From a bacterium (GTDB lineage Bacteria > Zhuqueibacterota > Zhuqueibacteria > Oceanimicrobiales > Oceanimicrobiaceae): a stretch of 64,000 nucleotides of DNA. Positions 1 to 10,470 of this stretch are shown here, in pieces; position 1 is the first letter of the stretch, and each line of letters begins with the position of its first letter. The translations under genes were made by a program, and so were the position numbers. The notes beneath the pieces were generated by a model. That model worked only from the letters and a program-made list of their open reading frames with translations. It did no database searches and was not told the DNA's origin. Location of the stretch: assembly GCA_037446635.1 (NCBI GenBank), contig JBBIIG010000002.1, positions 160,001-224,000 on the forward strand, read 5' to 3'.

Positions 1-1
1 C

Positions 2-1195
2 AAACGCCAGCTCCGTCTCCGCCGCCTCGATTCGCAGATACGGCTCGATGGTCTGCCACTCCCAAATTTCGAGGAATCCGCTGCCGGCCGCAGCCTGCGC
101 CAGCACGTAACTCTTCTCAAACAACTCGCGGACGGATTGCGGCTGCCAATTTGCGATCTCGCGAAACAGCAGGCTTTCAAGCTCATTGGACAAATCCAGC
201 AGCGGCAGCCGCGCGGCCGCTGGAACCTGCGGCAAATCGACTCGGATGTTCCACATAATTTCGGCGATATCTTTGCATTTGCTGATCAGCAAACTATCGG
301 CGTGCACGCTGTTCGCGCCGTTCTTAGCGCTATAGGTTTCGATAAACCCCTGCACGCGCTGGGCGATGTCTAAGTCCGGCGGAAGCTGGCGAGTGAAGGT
401 CTTCAGGATCTGCAGATTAATCGGTTGATACGCCAACTCTAATTCCTTTTGCAGCTTTTCCAGCAGCTCGGACATGTGTGGCGGCAGGCTGTCGTTTTTG
501 GCGCGGTACTCTGTCACCCGTTGCAGATCGCTGAATTCGGGCTGGCCGTGCAGCTTGATGCGCAGATCCATAAACGAGGGGAGGGTGTCGGCGATGGTTT
601 TGGAAAGGGCGCGAATCAGAGTCCAGCGATCTTCGCGCGCCTGGTGGGGGATGTCTTTGCTGGCCTGACGAATCAGAAAAAATTGCTCTGCAATCAAATT
701 GTCTTTTGCCAAAAGCCAATTCAAAAAATTAGCGCCCCAAGCCTCTTCATCTTCCGCCTGCACCGCGCCGCGGTAGTAGCGCGCGCGGCGGAGGATCCAG
801 CCGTCGTCGGCGGCCTGCAGAAATTTTTCTATTTGATACTGCTTCATGCGGGAATTGAGATTGGCGGAATCGAGAAAGGCCTCGAAGGGCGTGCCGGCTA
901 AAATCTGGCCAAGGTGGAGATTATGTTCTTTCGCCAATTGCATCACGCGATCTTTAAGCAGGGCGTGTTGAATCCCGCCGGGCTGCGAGCAGCGCTCCTG
1001 CGCCGGGATGATCGTGCCATCCGGGCAGAACCAGCGAATGGCTTGATACGGCCCGCGCGGGTCTTTTTTGAATTCCTGCACCAGGCGTTTCAGCTCCTCA
1101 AAATCCGGCGTCGGCGCCCCGACCGAAGTTGAGGAAATGAAACCGAGCAACAACAGCGCGCCCAGGATCGAAATTAATTTCGAGTGGTTATTCAT
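2..1195 (-). CDS. Large secreted protein, partial (runs off the left edge); N-terminus resembles signal-peptide-bearing PEP/pyruvate-binding-domain proteins
   Basis: Not in the ORF track. ATG at 1195 with GGAG SD. Reads MNNHSKLISILGALLLLGFISSTSVGAPTPDFEELKRLVQEFKKDPRGPYQAIRWFCPDG...; both ends of the frame were read as open and in phase. Family call is from recall of the KDPRGPYxxIRWFCxDG motif. Confidence 0.7.
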   Translation of the reverse strand, partial: MNNHSKLISILGALLLLGFISSTSVGAPTPDFEELKRLVQEFKKDPRGPYQAIRWFCPDGTIIPAQERCSQPGGIQHALLKDRVMQLAKEHNLHLGQILAGTPFEAFLDSANLNSRMKQYQIEKFLQAADDGWILRRARYYRGAVQAEDEEAWGANFLNWLLAKDNLIAEQFFLIRQASKDIPHQAREDRWTLIRALSKTIADTLPSFMDLRIKLHGQPEFSDLQRVTEYRAKNDSLPPHMSELLEKLQKELELAYQPINLQILKTFTRQLPPDLDIAQRVQGFIETYSAKNGANSVHADSLLISKCKDIAEIMWNIRVDLPQVPAAARLPLLDLSNELESLLFREIANWQPQSVRELFEKSYVLAQAAAGSGFLEIWEWQTIEPYLRIEAAETELAF

Positions 1196-1434
1196 ATCGG
1201 CGACTCCAAAGATTCTGAATTGCATCAAAAATTTACGAATCGTGTCTCAACGAGAAACAGTCCGTAATTTCAAAAGTGAATTGACACATAAAGCTACCAA
1301 CAATTATGCCAGGTGGTCAATTTTTTGCGGGTCTATTTTACATTAAAATCTCCAACAAAGCAACCCTTTTTTGAGATGCCCAGTTCCACGTTTACTAAAC
1401 CCTTTTAGTAAACTTTTGTCGATACACAAAAGTC

Positions 1435-1463
1435 TTGCATATCAGAAAAACTGCATTTAAATT
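1435..1463 (+). promoter_or_regulatory. Sigma70-like promoter for the small ORF at 1476
   Basis: TTGCAT-N17-TAAATT. Confidence 0.5.
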
Positions 1464-1475
1464 ATTTTCAATTTT

Positions 1476-1634
1476 ATGGAAATCACCGAAGAAAAACTCC
1501 GGCAAATTGCCGCCGAGGCGCAAAAGCAATTGGGGCCTAACGCCAACCCGGCCATGATTAAAAAGGTGGTGAAAGAAGTGGTGCGCCGCCTCAGCGAAGA
1601 GTCCAGCCCGCTGCCATCTCCCTCAAAATATTGA
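1476..1634 (+). CDS. 52-aa small protein with two amphipathic helices
   Basis: Below the ORF-track cutoff: MEITEEKLRQIAAEAQKQLGPNANPAMIKKVVKEVVRRLSEESSPLPSPSKY*. Host-like codon use within an AT-rich intergenic region; own promoter. Confidence 0.7.
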   Translation: MEITEEKLRQIAAEAQKQLGPNANPAMIKKVVKEVVRRLSEESSPLPSPSKY

Positions 1635-1667
1635 GCCGTAACTCATTAAGCAGGCCAGAATCTTACC

Positions 1668-1696
1668 TTGACTTTATTTTAAAATTATGCTATATT
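1668..1696 (+). promoter_or_regulatory. Sigma70-like promoter of secDF
   Basis: TTGACT-N17-TATATT with extended -10 TG. Confidence 0.65.
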
Positions 1697-1736
1697 GCGC
1701 ACTGAATTTTCCTGTTTTGGGAGGAATAGCAACTCA

Positions 1737-3806
1737 ATGCGAAGAAAAAATTTGTTCAAAACTCTGATTGTGCTGGCGGTGATCGCGGGGTCGATTATCG
1801 TTTTGTACCCAACTTATGAAGTCAATCAACTGAAAAAGAAAGCGGAAATTCACTACAAGGCCGTAGAGGAAAATACCACCCTCAGCCGCAACGATATCCG
1901 GGCGGCGCTCAATTCCGCCAACCTGCAATTGCTGGTGCGCAACCATTTCACCGGTGCGAACGGCAACAGCCTCGACGCCATCATCGCCTCCGACGTCCAG
2001 CCGCTCATCGAACTGGATCACAAAATCAAGCTCAATGAACCCAAAGCCATCCCGCTGGGCCTCGATCTGCAGGGCGGCACCTATCTGGTTTACGAAGTTG
2101 ACATGCCGCAATTGCTGCACAGCCTGGCGAAAACCAAAGACAGCGACTTTGAAGACGCCATTCGCCAAATCCAAACTCGGGTGCAAACCACCAACGAAGA
2201 TTTTTTTGAAGTTCTACCGGAGGTCTTTGCTGAACGGAATTTGCGCCTCAACCGCTATTTCGGCGGCAGCCGCGACCCCGACGACAAAATCCTCGACGGC
2301 CTCAAGACCGAGGCCGAGGACGCTGTCAACCGCACCCTCGAGGTGCTGCGCAATCGCATCGACCAGTTTGGCGTCTCCGAGCCCTCCATCACTAAACAAG
2401 GGACGCACCGCATCGTGATTGAGTTGGCCGGCATTCAGGACGTCGATCGCGCCAAGCGCATCATCGGCACCACCGCGCTGCTGGAATTTCAATTGGAGAT
2501 CGAACCCGAGAAAGCTTCCGCCATTCGCAGCGCCATCAACCGCGTCTGGAAACGCCGGCTCGATAAATTGGCCGGCTTGAGCGCCGACACTTCAACGCAA
2601 ATGGATACCTCGACCATCAAAGAAAAAGTGCGCGAAGAAACCGAGGTGAGCCTGCGGGATATTTTCGGCGAGGCGGCCATCAAAGAGGAACGAACCGACA
2701 ATAAAACCGCTGCCGCTGACTCCGACACCACGGCGCTGATTGACGAAGAAATTTTTCAGGAGCGCCCATTCGATGCCTTGCTGGCGAACCTCGGCGGCGA
2801 AATGGCGGTCCCCATCCAAAATCGTCTCGCGGTGGAAAATATCTTGAATTCGCCGGAGGTGCAAGCGGTCATCCCCAAAGATACCGAAATTCTTTTTTCC
2901 AACCGCCCCGAGCGCTCGGGCGATCAGGAATACTACCTTCTTTATATGCTTAAAAAAGAGCCGGAGCTGATTGGCGCGATGATCGCCGACGCCCGCCCTA
3001 ACATCGGCTCGGAATTGCAGGCCGGGCGCTGGATCGTCAACATGGAGCTCACTGCCGAAGGCGCGCGCATTTTCTCGCGGGTGACCGGCGCCAACATCAA
3101 CAAGCGGCTGGGCATTGTGCTCGACGGCCGGGTGGTTTCCATCCCAAATATTCAGGAAAAAATTCCCTCCGGGCGCGCCCAGATCACCGGCATGGCCAAT
3201 GATAAAGAGGCCAAAGACCTGGCCATCGTTTTGCGCGCCGGCGCGCTGCCTGCGCCGGTGGAAGTCATCGAGGAGCGCACCGTCGGCCCGTCTTTAGGGC
3301 AGGATTCTATTAATAAAGGAACGTACTCGGCGATGATCGGAATGGCGCTGGTCGCGGTGTTTATGGTTTTATACTATCGGCTCTCGGGTCTGCTGGCGAA
3401 CCTGGCGCTGATTTTGAACTTGGTCATTCTGATGGCGGTGCTGGCAGGCTTTCATGCCACCCTTACCTTGCCCGGCGTGGCCGGCATCATTTTGACCATC
3501 GGCATGGCGGTGGATGCCAACGTGCTGATTTTCGAGCGCATCCGCGAAGAGCTGCGCAGCGGCAAAACCATCCGCGCCGCCATCGACAGCGGTTACAGCC
3601 GCGCCTTCCGCACCATTTTGGACGCCAACGTCACCACCCTGCTTACCGCGGTGGTGCTCTATCAATTCGGCACCGGCCCCATTCGCGGCTTCGCCCTCAC
3701 CCTTTCCATCGGCATCGTGGTCAGCATGTTCACCGCGATTTTGGTCACCCGCATCATTTTTGATTACGTGATCGATAAGTTTGCCGTCACTAAATTAAGC
3801 ATTTAA
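1737..3806 (+). CDS. secD: Protein translocase subunit SecD
   Basis: LGLDLQGG, RIDQFGVSEP, LRAGALPAP, VGPSLG, GMAVDANVLIFERIREE, DANVTT; start after GGAGG SD. Confidence 0.97.
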   Translation: MRRKNLFKTLIVLAVIAGSIIVLYPTYEVNQLKKKAEIHYKAVEENTTLSRNDIRAALNSANLQLLVRNHFTGANGNSLDAIIASDVQPLIELDHKIKLNEPKAIPLGLDLQGGTYLVYEVDMPQLLHSLAKTKDSDFEDAIRQIQTRVQTTNEDFFEVLPEVFAERNLRLNRYFGGSRDPDDKILDGLKTEAEDAVNRTLEVLRNRIDQFGVSEPSITKQGTHRIVIELAGIQDVDRAKRIIGTTALLEFQLEIEPEKASAIRSAINRVWKRRLDKLAGLSADTSTQMDTSTIKEKVREETEVSLRDIFGEAAIKEERTDNKTAAADSDTTALIDEEIFQERPFDALLANLGGEMAVPIQNRLAVENILNSPEVQAVIPKDTEILFSNRPERSGDQEYYLLYMLKKEPELIGAMIADARPNIGSELQAGRWIVNMELTAEGARIFSRVTGANINKRLGIVLDGRVVSIPNIQEKIPSGRAQITGMANDKEAKDLAIVLRAGALPAPVEVIEERTVGPSLGQDSINKGTYSAMIGMALVAVFMVLYYRLSGLLANLALILNLVILMAVLAGFHATLTLPGVAGIILTIGMAVDANVLIFERIREELRSGKTIRAAIDSGYSRAFRTILDANVTTLLTAVVLYQFGTGPIRGFALTLSIGIVVSMFTAILVTRIIFDYVIDKFAVTKLSI

Positions 3807-3818
3807 TTCGGAGACGCC

Positions 3819-4739
3819 ATGCAATTCTTTGCAAACACGAAAATTGATTTTATCGGAAAACGAAAACCCGCCATGTTGTTTTCGCTGGCGCTGATTTTGG
3901 TCAGCATCGTTTCCTTAGTTGCGCAGGGCGGCCCGAAGTATGGCATCGATTTTTTGGGCGGCACCTCCATCGAGCTGAAATTCGAAAAGGATATCTCGGT
4001 CGCGGAGGTTCGTTCGGCTTTGACGCAAGTGGGTTTCGGCAACGCCGAGATCAAAAACTTCGGCTCCGGAAAAGAAATCCTCGTCCGCGTGCAGCAGCAG
4101 GAAACCGGCACCGAGATTTCCGACGCCATCAAAGCGGAAATCTCCAAAGCCTTTCCGGACAACCCCTACACGGTGCAGATGATCGAAAAAGTCGGCCCCA
4201 AAATCGGCGCCGAGCTGCGAAGCGCGGCGGTGTGGGCGGTGCTCATCGCCATGTTCTGCATTTTGATCTACATCAGTTGGCGCTTCGAATTCGTATTTGC
4301 GGTGGGCGCCATCGTGGCGTTGTTTCACGACGTCATCATTACGCTGGGCGTGTTCTCTCTGCTGCGGTTGGAAATTTCTCTCAACGTGATCGCCGCGTTC
4401 CTGACCATCGTCGGCTACTCGCTGAACGACACCATCGTCGTGTTCGATCGCATCCGCGAAAACCTGAAGGTGCTGCGCCGCGAAACCTACGAGAACATCA
4501 TCAACATCAGCATCAATCAAACTTTGAGCCGCACCATCTTGACCAGCGGCACCACCCTGATCGTAGTGTTGGTGCTCTACCTTTTCGGCGGTGAAGTGAT
4601 TCACAATTTCGCCTTTGGGCTGTTGATCGGCATCGGCGTCGGCACTTACAGCTCCATCTTTGTGGCCAGCCCGATTTTAGTTGAATGGGAAAAACAGCGG
4701 CAGTTGAAAAAAAGCAAAGCCGTTCTCAAACACGCATAA
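3819..4739 (+). CDS. secF: Protein translocase subunit SecF
   Basis: GIDFLGG, VGPKIG, FHDV, GYSLNDTIVVFDRIRE, GTYSSIFVA. Confidence 0.97.
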   Translation: MQFFANTKIDFIGKRKPAMLFSLALILVSIVSLVAQGGPKYGIDFLGGTSIELKFEKDISVAEVRSALTQVGFGNAEIKNFGSGKEILVRVQQQETGTEISDAIKAEISKAFPDNPYTVQMIEKVGPKIGAELRSAAVWAVLIAMFCILIYISWRFEFVFAVGAIVALFHDVIITLGVFSLLRLEISLNVIAAFLTIVGYSLNDTIVVFDRIRENLKVLRRETYENIINISINQTLSRTILTSGTTLIVVLVLYLFGGEVIHNFAFGLLIGIGVGTYSSIFVASPILVEWEKQRQLKKSKAVLKHA

Positions 4740-4860
4740 TCTTTTGATTTTCGAATTGCGAAACAAACTGAGTTCAAAAAAACGAGATTAGAATTTTGGC
4801 ATTATTCCCATTTTGTATTTTTCTGGAAATCTGCTCAACCTACTTTGAGGAGGTTAGGTT

Positions 4861-6554
<1,694 letters not shown>

Positions 6555-6628
6555 AAATCAGCCCGCGCAGCGAGCGTATTTTTACATTATCATCGCGCAA
6601 AAATACGCGGCGCTGATTTTGCCCTCCG

Positions 6629-7123
6629 TTAAAATAAAGTCGGCGGTTCCTCGAGGCCGGGATTGGGATCATCCGGTAGATTCGGTTGGTTGGCGGCAAG
6701 ATTGGCGAGGTAGTCGCAGCGCTCGTTTTCGGGCGTGCCCACGTGCCCGCGCGTCCATTTGAATTCCACCTGGTGCTGTTCGCACAACTTCAGCAACTGT
6801 TTCCACAAATCAACGTTCAGGGCGTATTCTTTTTTGTTGCGCTTCCAGCCGCTGGCCTGCCAACGGCGCGCCCAGCCCTGTGTCATGCTTTCAACTAAAT
6901 ATTGTGAATCGCTGTAGAGCGTAACGCGGCACGGCTTCTTCAGCGCCTCCAATCCTTTGATGGCCGCCATCAGTTCCATGCGATTGTTGGTGGTGTTGTT
7001 GAAGCCGCCGGAAATTTCTTTGCGCTGGTCACCGGAAATCAAAATTGCGGCATAGCCGCCGGGGCCGGGGTTGCCTAGGCAAGCGCCGTCGGTGTAAATG
7101 GTTACGGATTTGAGCTGGTTCAT
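6629..7123 (-). CDS. rnhA: Ribonuclease HI
   Basis: [46 protein letters not shown]. Confidence 0.97.
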   Translation of the reverse strand: MNQLKSVTIYTDGACLGNPGPGGYAAILISGDQRKEISGGFNNTTNNRMELMAAIKGLEALKKPCRVTLYSDSQYLVESMTQGWARRWQASGWKRNKKEYALNVDLWKQLLKLCEQHQVEFKWTRGHVGTPENERCDYLANLAANQPNLPDDPNPGLEEPPTLF

Positions 7124-7135
7124 TCTTTTTTCAAA

Positions 7136-7211
7136 AAGTGCCACGCACTTCAAAAGTGCGTGGCACTTCCATTTATACTATGTGCCAGGCACTTTTGGAA
7201 GTGCCTGGCAC
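7136..7211. repeat. Two REP-like palindromes (AAGTGCCwGGCACTT family)
   Basis: aagtgccacgcactt-caa-aagtgcgtggcactt and gtgccaggcactt-ttgg-aagtgcctggcac; a third copy is at 46887-46919. Confidence 0.8.
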
Positions 7212-7223
7212 TTTAGCTCCAAT

Positions 7224-7736
7224 TCATCCACCGCGGATAAGTTTTGTCAGCGCCGGCTCGATTCCCAGCAGTCGCTCATACAAGCAGAGCTGCCCGCGAT
7301 GGTACATCTCCTGCGCGATGCCGTGATGGAGCCATGCCAGCCGGGTGCCGGGCTGGCCATCGAAGCGGGTGATGAATTGCAGCATGTGCAGCTCGCCGGC
7401 CGCGCGGAATTTTTTGACGCCATCCTGCAATTGCGATTTCAGCAGCTTTAGCAATTCCGCTTTCGAGTGAGCGCGATAGGCTTCGGCGGCGTACATTTGC
7501 AAAAGCTTCGGCCACTCGGCGCGCTGGAAGTTGGTGTCGGCGCGGGTGAGCTCGCCGGTCATCATCATCGCCACCTCCAGGATGTGCACCACCTGCTCTT
7601 TCACGCTGCGCATTTCCGGCGCGGGACGGAAATCAAATTGGTTGGCCGGAATGTTTTTCACTTCCGCAATCACGCCGCGGCGCGCATCTTCCCAGGCTTC
7701 GAGGGTTTCGTCTAAAATAGACTTGTAAGCTATCAT
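7224..7736 (-). CDS. DinB family protein
   Basis: FDFRPAPEMRSVKEQVVH and C-terminal YHRGQL. Confidence 0.85.
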   Translation of the reverse strand: MIAYKSILDETLEAWEDARRGVIAEVKNIPANQFDFRPAPEMRSVKEQVVHILEVAMMMTGELTRADTNFQRAEWPKLLQMYAAEAYRAHSKAELLKLLKSQLQDGVKKFRAAGELHMLQFITRFDGQPGTRLAWLHHGIAQEMYHRGQLCLYERLLGIEPALTKLIRGG

Positions 7737-7754
7737 TAGGATTCCTTTTCAGGG

Positions 7755-7819
7755 TGGATTGATGGATTATTGGATCGATGTAGTTTCATTGATCTATTAA
7801 TCCAACATTCCATCAATCC
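7755..7819. repeat. 8-nt periodic inverted repeat (TGGATTGA/TCAATCCA family)
   Basis: tggattgatggattattggatcg...attaatccaacattccatcaatcc; related copies at 29667, 40428, 59538 and 63531. Confidence 0.7.
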
Positions 7820-7850
7820 GCAGTCCAAGAAAATATAAGTGGGGTTAGGG

Positions 7851-8801
7851 TCAATCAAGCGGGATGCGGCTTTTATTCACCGCCAGCCACTGTTCAAACG
7901 TTTGCAGTTCCGGGTTGAGCGCGCGCGCTTCGTCCAGGTTGCGGATGCCGCAGTAATAATCATTGAAATCGCGCTTGAACTGGAACATATTGCCGAGGTC
8001 ATCGGCGCCGGGAAAACCGAAGCTGCGGTAGGCCTCCGGCGTTACCGCGTTGTAGCGCACTTCCTGGCCGAGCGCTTTGGTCAGTGCGGCGGCCATCTGT
8101 GCGCCGGTCAAATGCTCGCCGGCAATGCCAACGGTTTTGCCAATGTATTGACTGCCTTTCTTGAAAATGCCGTAAGCGCATTTGCCGATGTCCTCAGCCG
8201 CAATGCTGGGCAGTTTCTTATCGTCCATCGGAAAGGTGATGGCGAGTTTGCCATCCGGGCCTCTTTTGGGGCCAGAGCCAAAAAAAATAAAATTGTCCCA
8301 ATAAAACGAGGTCAAGAGGAAGGTAGTGGGGACGCCGTGATCGCGGAAAATTTGATCGGCTTCGCCTTTGCCATCGAAGTGCGGCACTTTGTATTTGCCC
8401 TGCAGGGTGGGCATGCGATTGTCGTCGAGCGGCACCCACTTGCGGGTGTCTTCGAGGGTGGACCAGATGACGTGCTTTAGGCCGGCGTGCTTCGCGGCTT
8501 CGGCCATGTTTTTGACCTCAGCAATTTCTTTTTCGGGCGAAAAGTGCGCCCAGAAGAATGTAACGCAAAACGCGCCGTATGCGCCCTTGAAAGCACGCTT
8601 CAAGCTTTCCACGTCATCAACATCCGCAGCGACCACCTCGGCGCCCAATTTCGCCAGCGCTTTGGCTTTGTCGGAGTTGACGTCGCGAGTGATAGCGCGC
8701 GCCGTGAACTCGCTGTTTTTGTCGCTCATGATCGCGCGCACCAAACCGCCGCCCTGAGCGCCCGTGGCGCCTAAAACTGCGATGATTTTCTTGTTTGCCA
8801 T
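7851..8801 (-). CDS. NmrA/HSCARG family NAD(P)-binding protein
   Basis: GATGAQGG Rossmann motif; VPHFDGK. Confidence 0.93.
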   Translation of the reverse strand: MANKKIIAVLGATGAQGGGLVRAIMSDKNSEFTARAITRDVNSDKAKALAKLGAEVVAADVDDVESLKRAFKGAYGAFCVTFFWAHFSPEKEIAEVKNMAEAAKHAGLKHVIWSTLEDTRKWVPLDDNRMPTLQGKYKVPHFDGKGEADQIFRDHGVPTTFLLTSFYWDNFIFFGSGPKRGPDGKLAITFPMDDKKLPSIAAEDIGKCAYGIFKKGSQYIGKTVGIAGEHLTGAQMAAALTKALGQEVRYNAVTPEAYRSFGFPGADDLGNMFQFKRDFNDYYCGIRNLDEARALNPELQTFEQWLAVNKSRIPLD

Positions 8802-8982
8802 AGAAACCCTCCTTCCAAAGAGTGATGTAACCCGGTTTGGTCCCCAAAATAGAAAAGCTCACGCAAAGATGCATAGATTTTTCTTGCGAACCTTCGTGTC
8901 ACAGCGGTTTTATCTAAAATTAATTTAATAACTTCTATTAATCGAAACAAGCAGCTTGACGATTTTCCTTAAAAAAATCTTA

Positions 8983-9011
8983 TTGACTTCCGTTCCCCGA
9001 TTTGCTATATC
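8983..9011 (+). promoter_or_regulatory. Sigma70-like promoter of the alanine symporter gene
   Basis: TTGACT-N17-TATATC with TG extension. Confidence 0.5.
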
Positions 9012-9088
9012 CCCTTCAATCTTTCCACTAAAAACCAATCATTATTGTAATGAGCGCATGAATGCGTTACTACGAAAGAGGGAGGCAC

Positions 9089-10429
9089 ATGCAAAATCTC
9101 GAACAACTGTTGTTGCAAATCAGCGATTGGGTGTGGGGGCCGCCGCTGCTGATTTTGCTCATGGGCACGCACATCTTTCTCACCTTTCGCCTTAAATTCA
9201 TCCAGCGCTTCATTGGCACGGGCATCAAACTTTCGATCAAACGCAAGCAGGAGGGGCAGGGCGACGTCAGCCAGTTCGGCGCGCTCACCACGGCGCTGGC
9301 CGCCACCATTGGCACCGGCAACATTGTGGGAGTGGCGACGGCCATTGCCAGTGGCGGCCCCGGCGCGGTTTTGTGGATGTGGCTCACCGGCATTTTCGGC
9401 ATTGCCACGAAATACGCCGAGGCGCTGCTGGCGGTGAAATACCGCGTCCGCACGGCGAAGGGACTTTTCGCCGGCGGGCCGATGTACGTACTCGAGCGCG
9501 GGATGAACGCCAAGTGGCTCGGCCTCACTTTCGCCGGTTTGACGGCCATCTCCGCGTTTGGCATCGGCAACATGGTGCAGGCCAATTCCATCGCCGATAT
9601 GGTCAAAGAAACCTTCGGCGTCGATTTCTGGATTACCGGCCTCATCCTGGCCGCCCTGACCGCGGTGGTTGTGATCGGCGGCATCAAATCGATAGCGCGC
9701 GTGTGTGAGATGCTGGTGCCGTTCATGGCGATATTTTATGTTCTCGGCTGCCTGGTTTTGCTGGCGATGCACGTCGAGCACCTTCCCGGCACGCTCAGGC
9801 TGATCTTCCAAACCGCCTTCACCGGCCACGCGGTCGTCGGCGGATTTTTGGGCGCTGGGATGAAAGAAGCCATTCGCTTCGGCGTGGCGCGCGGATTGTT
9901 TTCCAACGAGTCGGGATTGGGCAGCGCGCCGATTGTGGCCGCGGCGGCGCAGACCAAAAATCCGGTGCGCCAGGCGCTGGTGTCCTCCACCGGCACGTTT
10001 TGGGATACCGTGGTCGTGTGCGCCATCACCGGCATGGTGCTGGTGAACTCCGGCGAGTGGCTAACCGGTTTGAAGGGCGCCGCGCTCACCAACGCCGCCT
10101 TCTCGGATATTCCGCTCATCGGGCCGATTGTGTTGACCGTGGGCCTGCTGACGTTTGTGTTCTCGACGATTTTGGGCTGGTCGTACTACGGCGAGAAAGC
10201 CGCAGAATATTTGTTTGGGTCAAAGGCGATTGCGCCGTATCGCTGGCTGTGGGTGATCGGCGTGATGGCCGGCTCGATTCTGACGCTGCCGATGGTGTGG
10301 TCGTTTGCCGATATCACCAACGGCTTGATGGCGATTCCCAATTTGATTTCTCTGCTCGTCCTTCACAAAGTGATTTTCTCAGAAACCAAAACGTATCTTT
10401 GGGAAGGCAGGTTGGATGAGGATGTTTGA
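9089..10429 (+). CDS. Sodium:alanine/glycine symporter (AGCS family)
   Basis: ATIGTGNIVGVA, GGPGAVLWMW, GGPMY, GNMVQANS, RGLFSNESGLGS; GGAGG SD before 9089. Confidence 0.95.
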   Translation: MQNLEQLLLQISDWVWGPPLLILLMGTHIFLTFRLKFIQRFIGTGIKLSIKRKQEGQGDVSQFGALTTALAATIGTGNIVGVATAIASGGPGAVLWMWLTGIFGIATKYAEALLAVKYRVRTAKGLFAGGPMYVLERGMNAKWLGLTFAGLTAISAFGIGNMVQANSIADMVKETFGVDFWITGLILAALTAVVVIGGIKSIARVCEMLVPFMAIFYVLGCLVLLAMHVEHLPGTLRLIFQTAFTGHAVVGGFLGAGMKEAIRFGVARGLFSNESGLGSAPIVAAAAQTKNPVRQALVSSTGTFWDTVVVCAITGMVLVNSGEWLTGLKGAALTNAAFSDIPLIGPIVLTVGLLTFVFSTILGWSYYGEKAAEYLFGSKAIAPYRWLWVIGVMAGSILTLPMVWSFADITNGLMAIPNLISLLVLHKVIFSETKTYLWEGRLDEDV

Positions 10430-10439
10430 ATTTTATTTC

Positions 10440-10467
10440 AACCCGAGTCCTTTGAGACTCCGGGTTC
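10440..10467. terminator. Hairpin between convergent genes
   Basis: aacccgagtc-ctttga-gactccgggtt. Confidence 0.5.
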
Positions 10468-10470
10468 TGC

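Noticed and set aside
8820..9088. Glycine riboswitch before the AGCS symporter (and a lysine riboswitch before lysC)
   Set aside because: No recognisable aptamer motifs; the predicted leaders are short and AT-rich.
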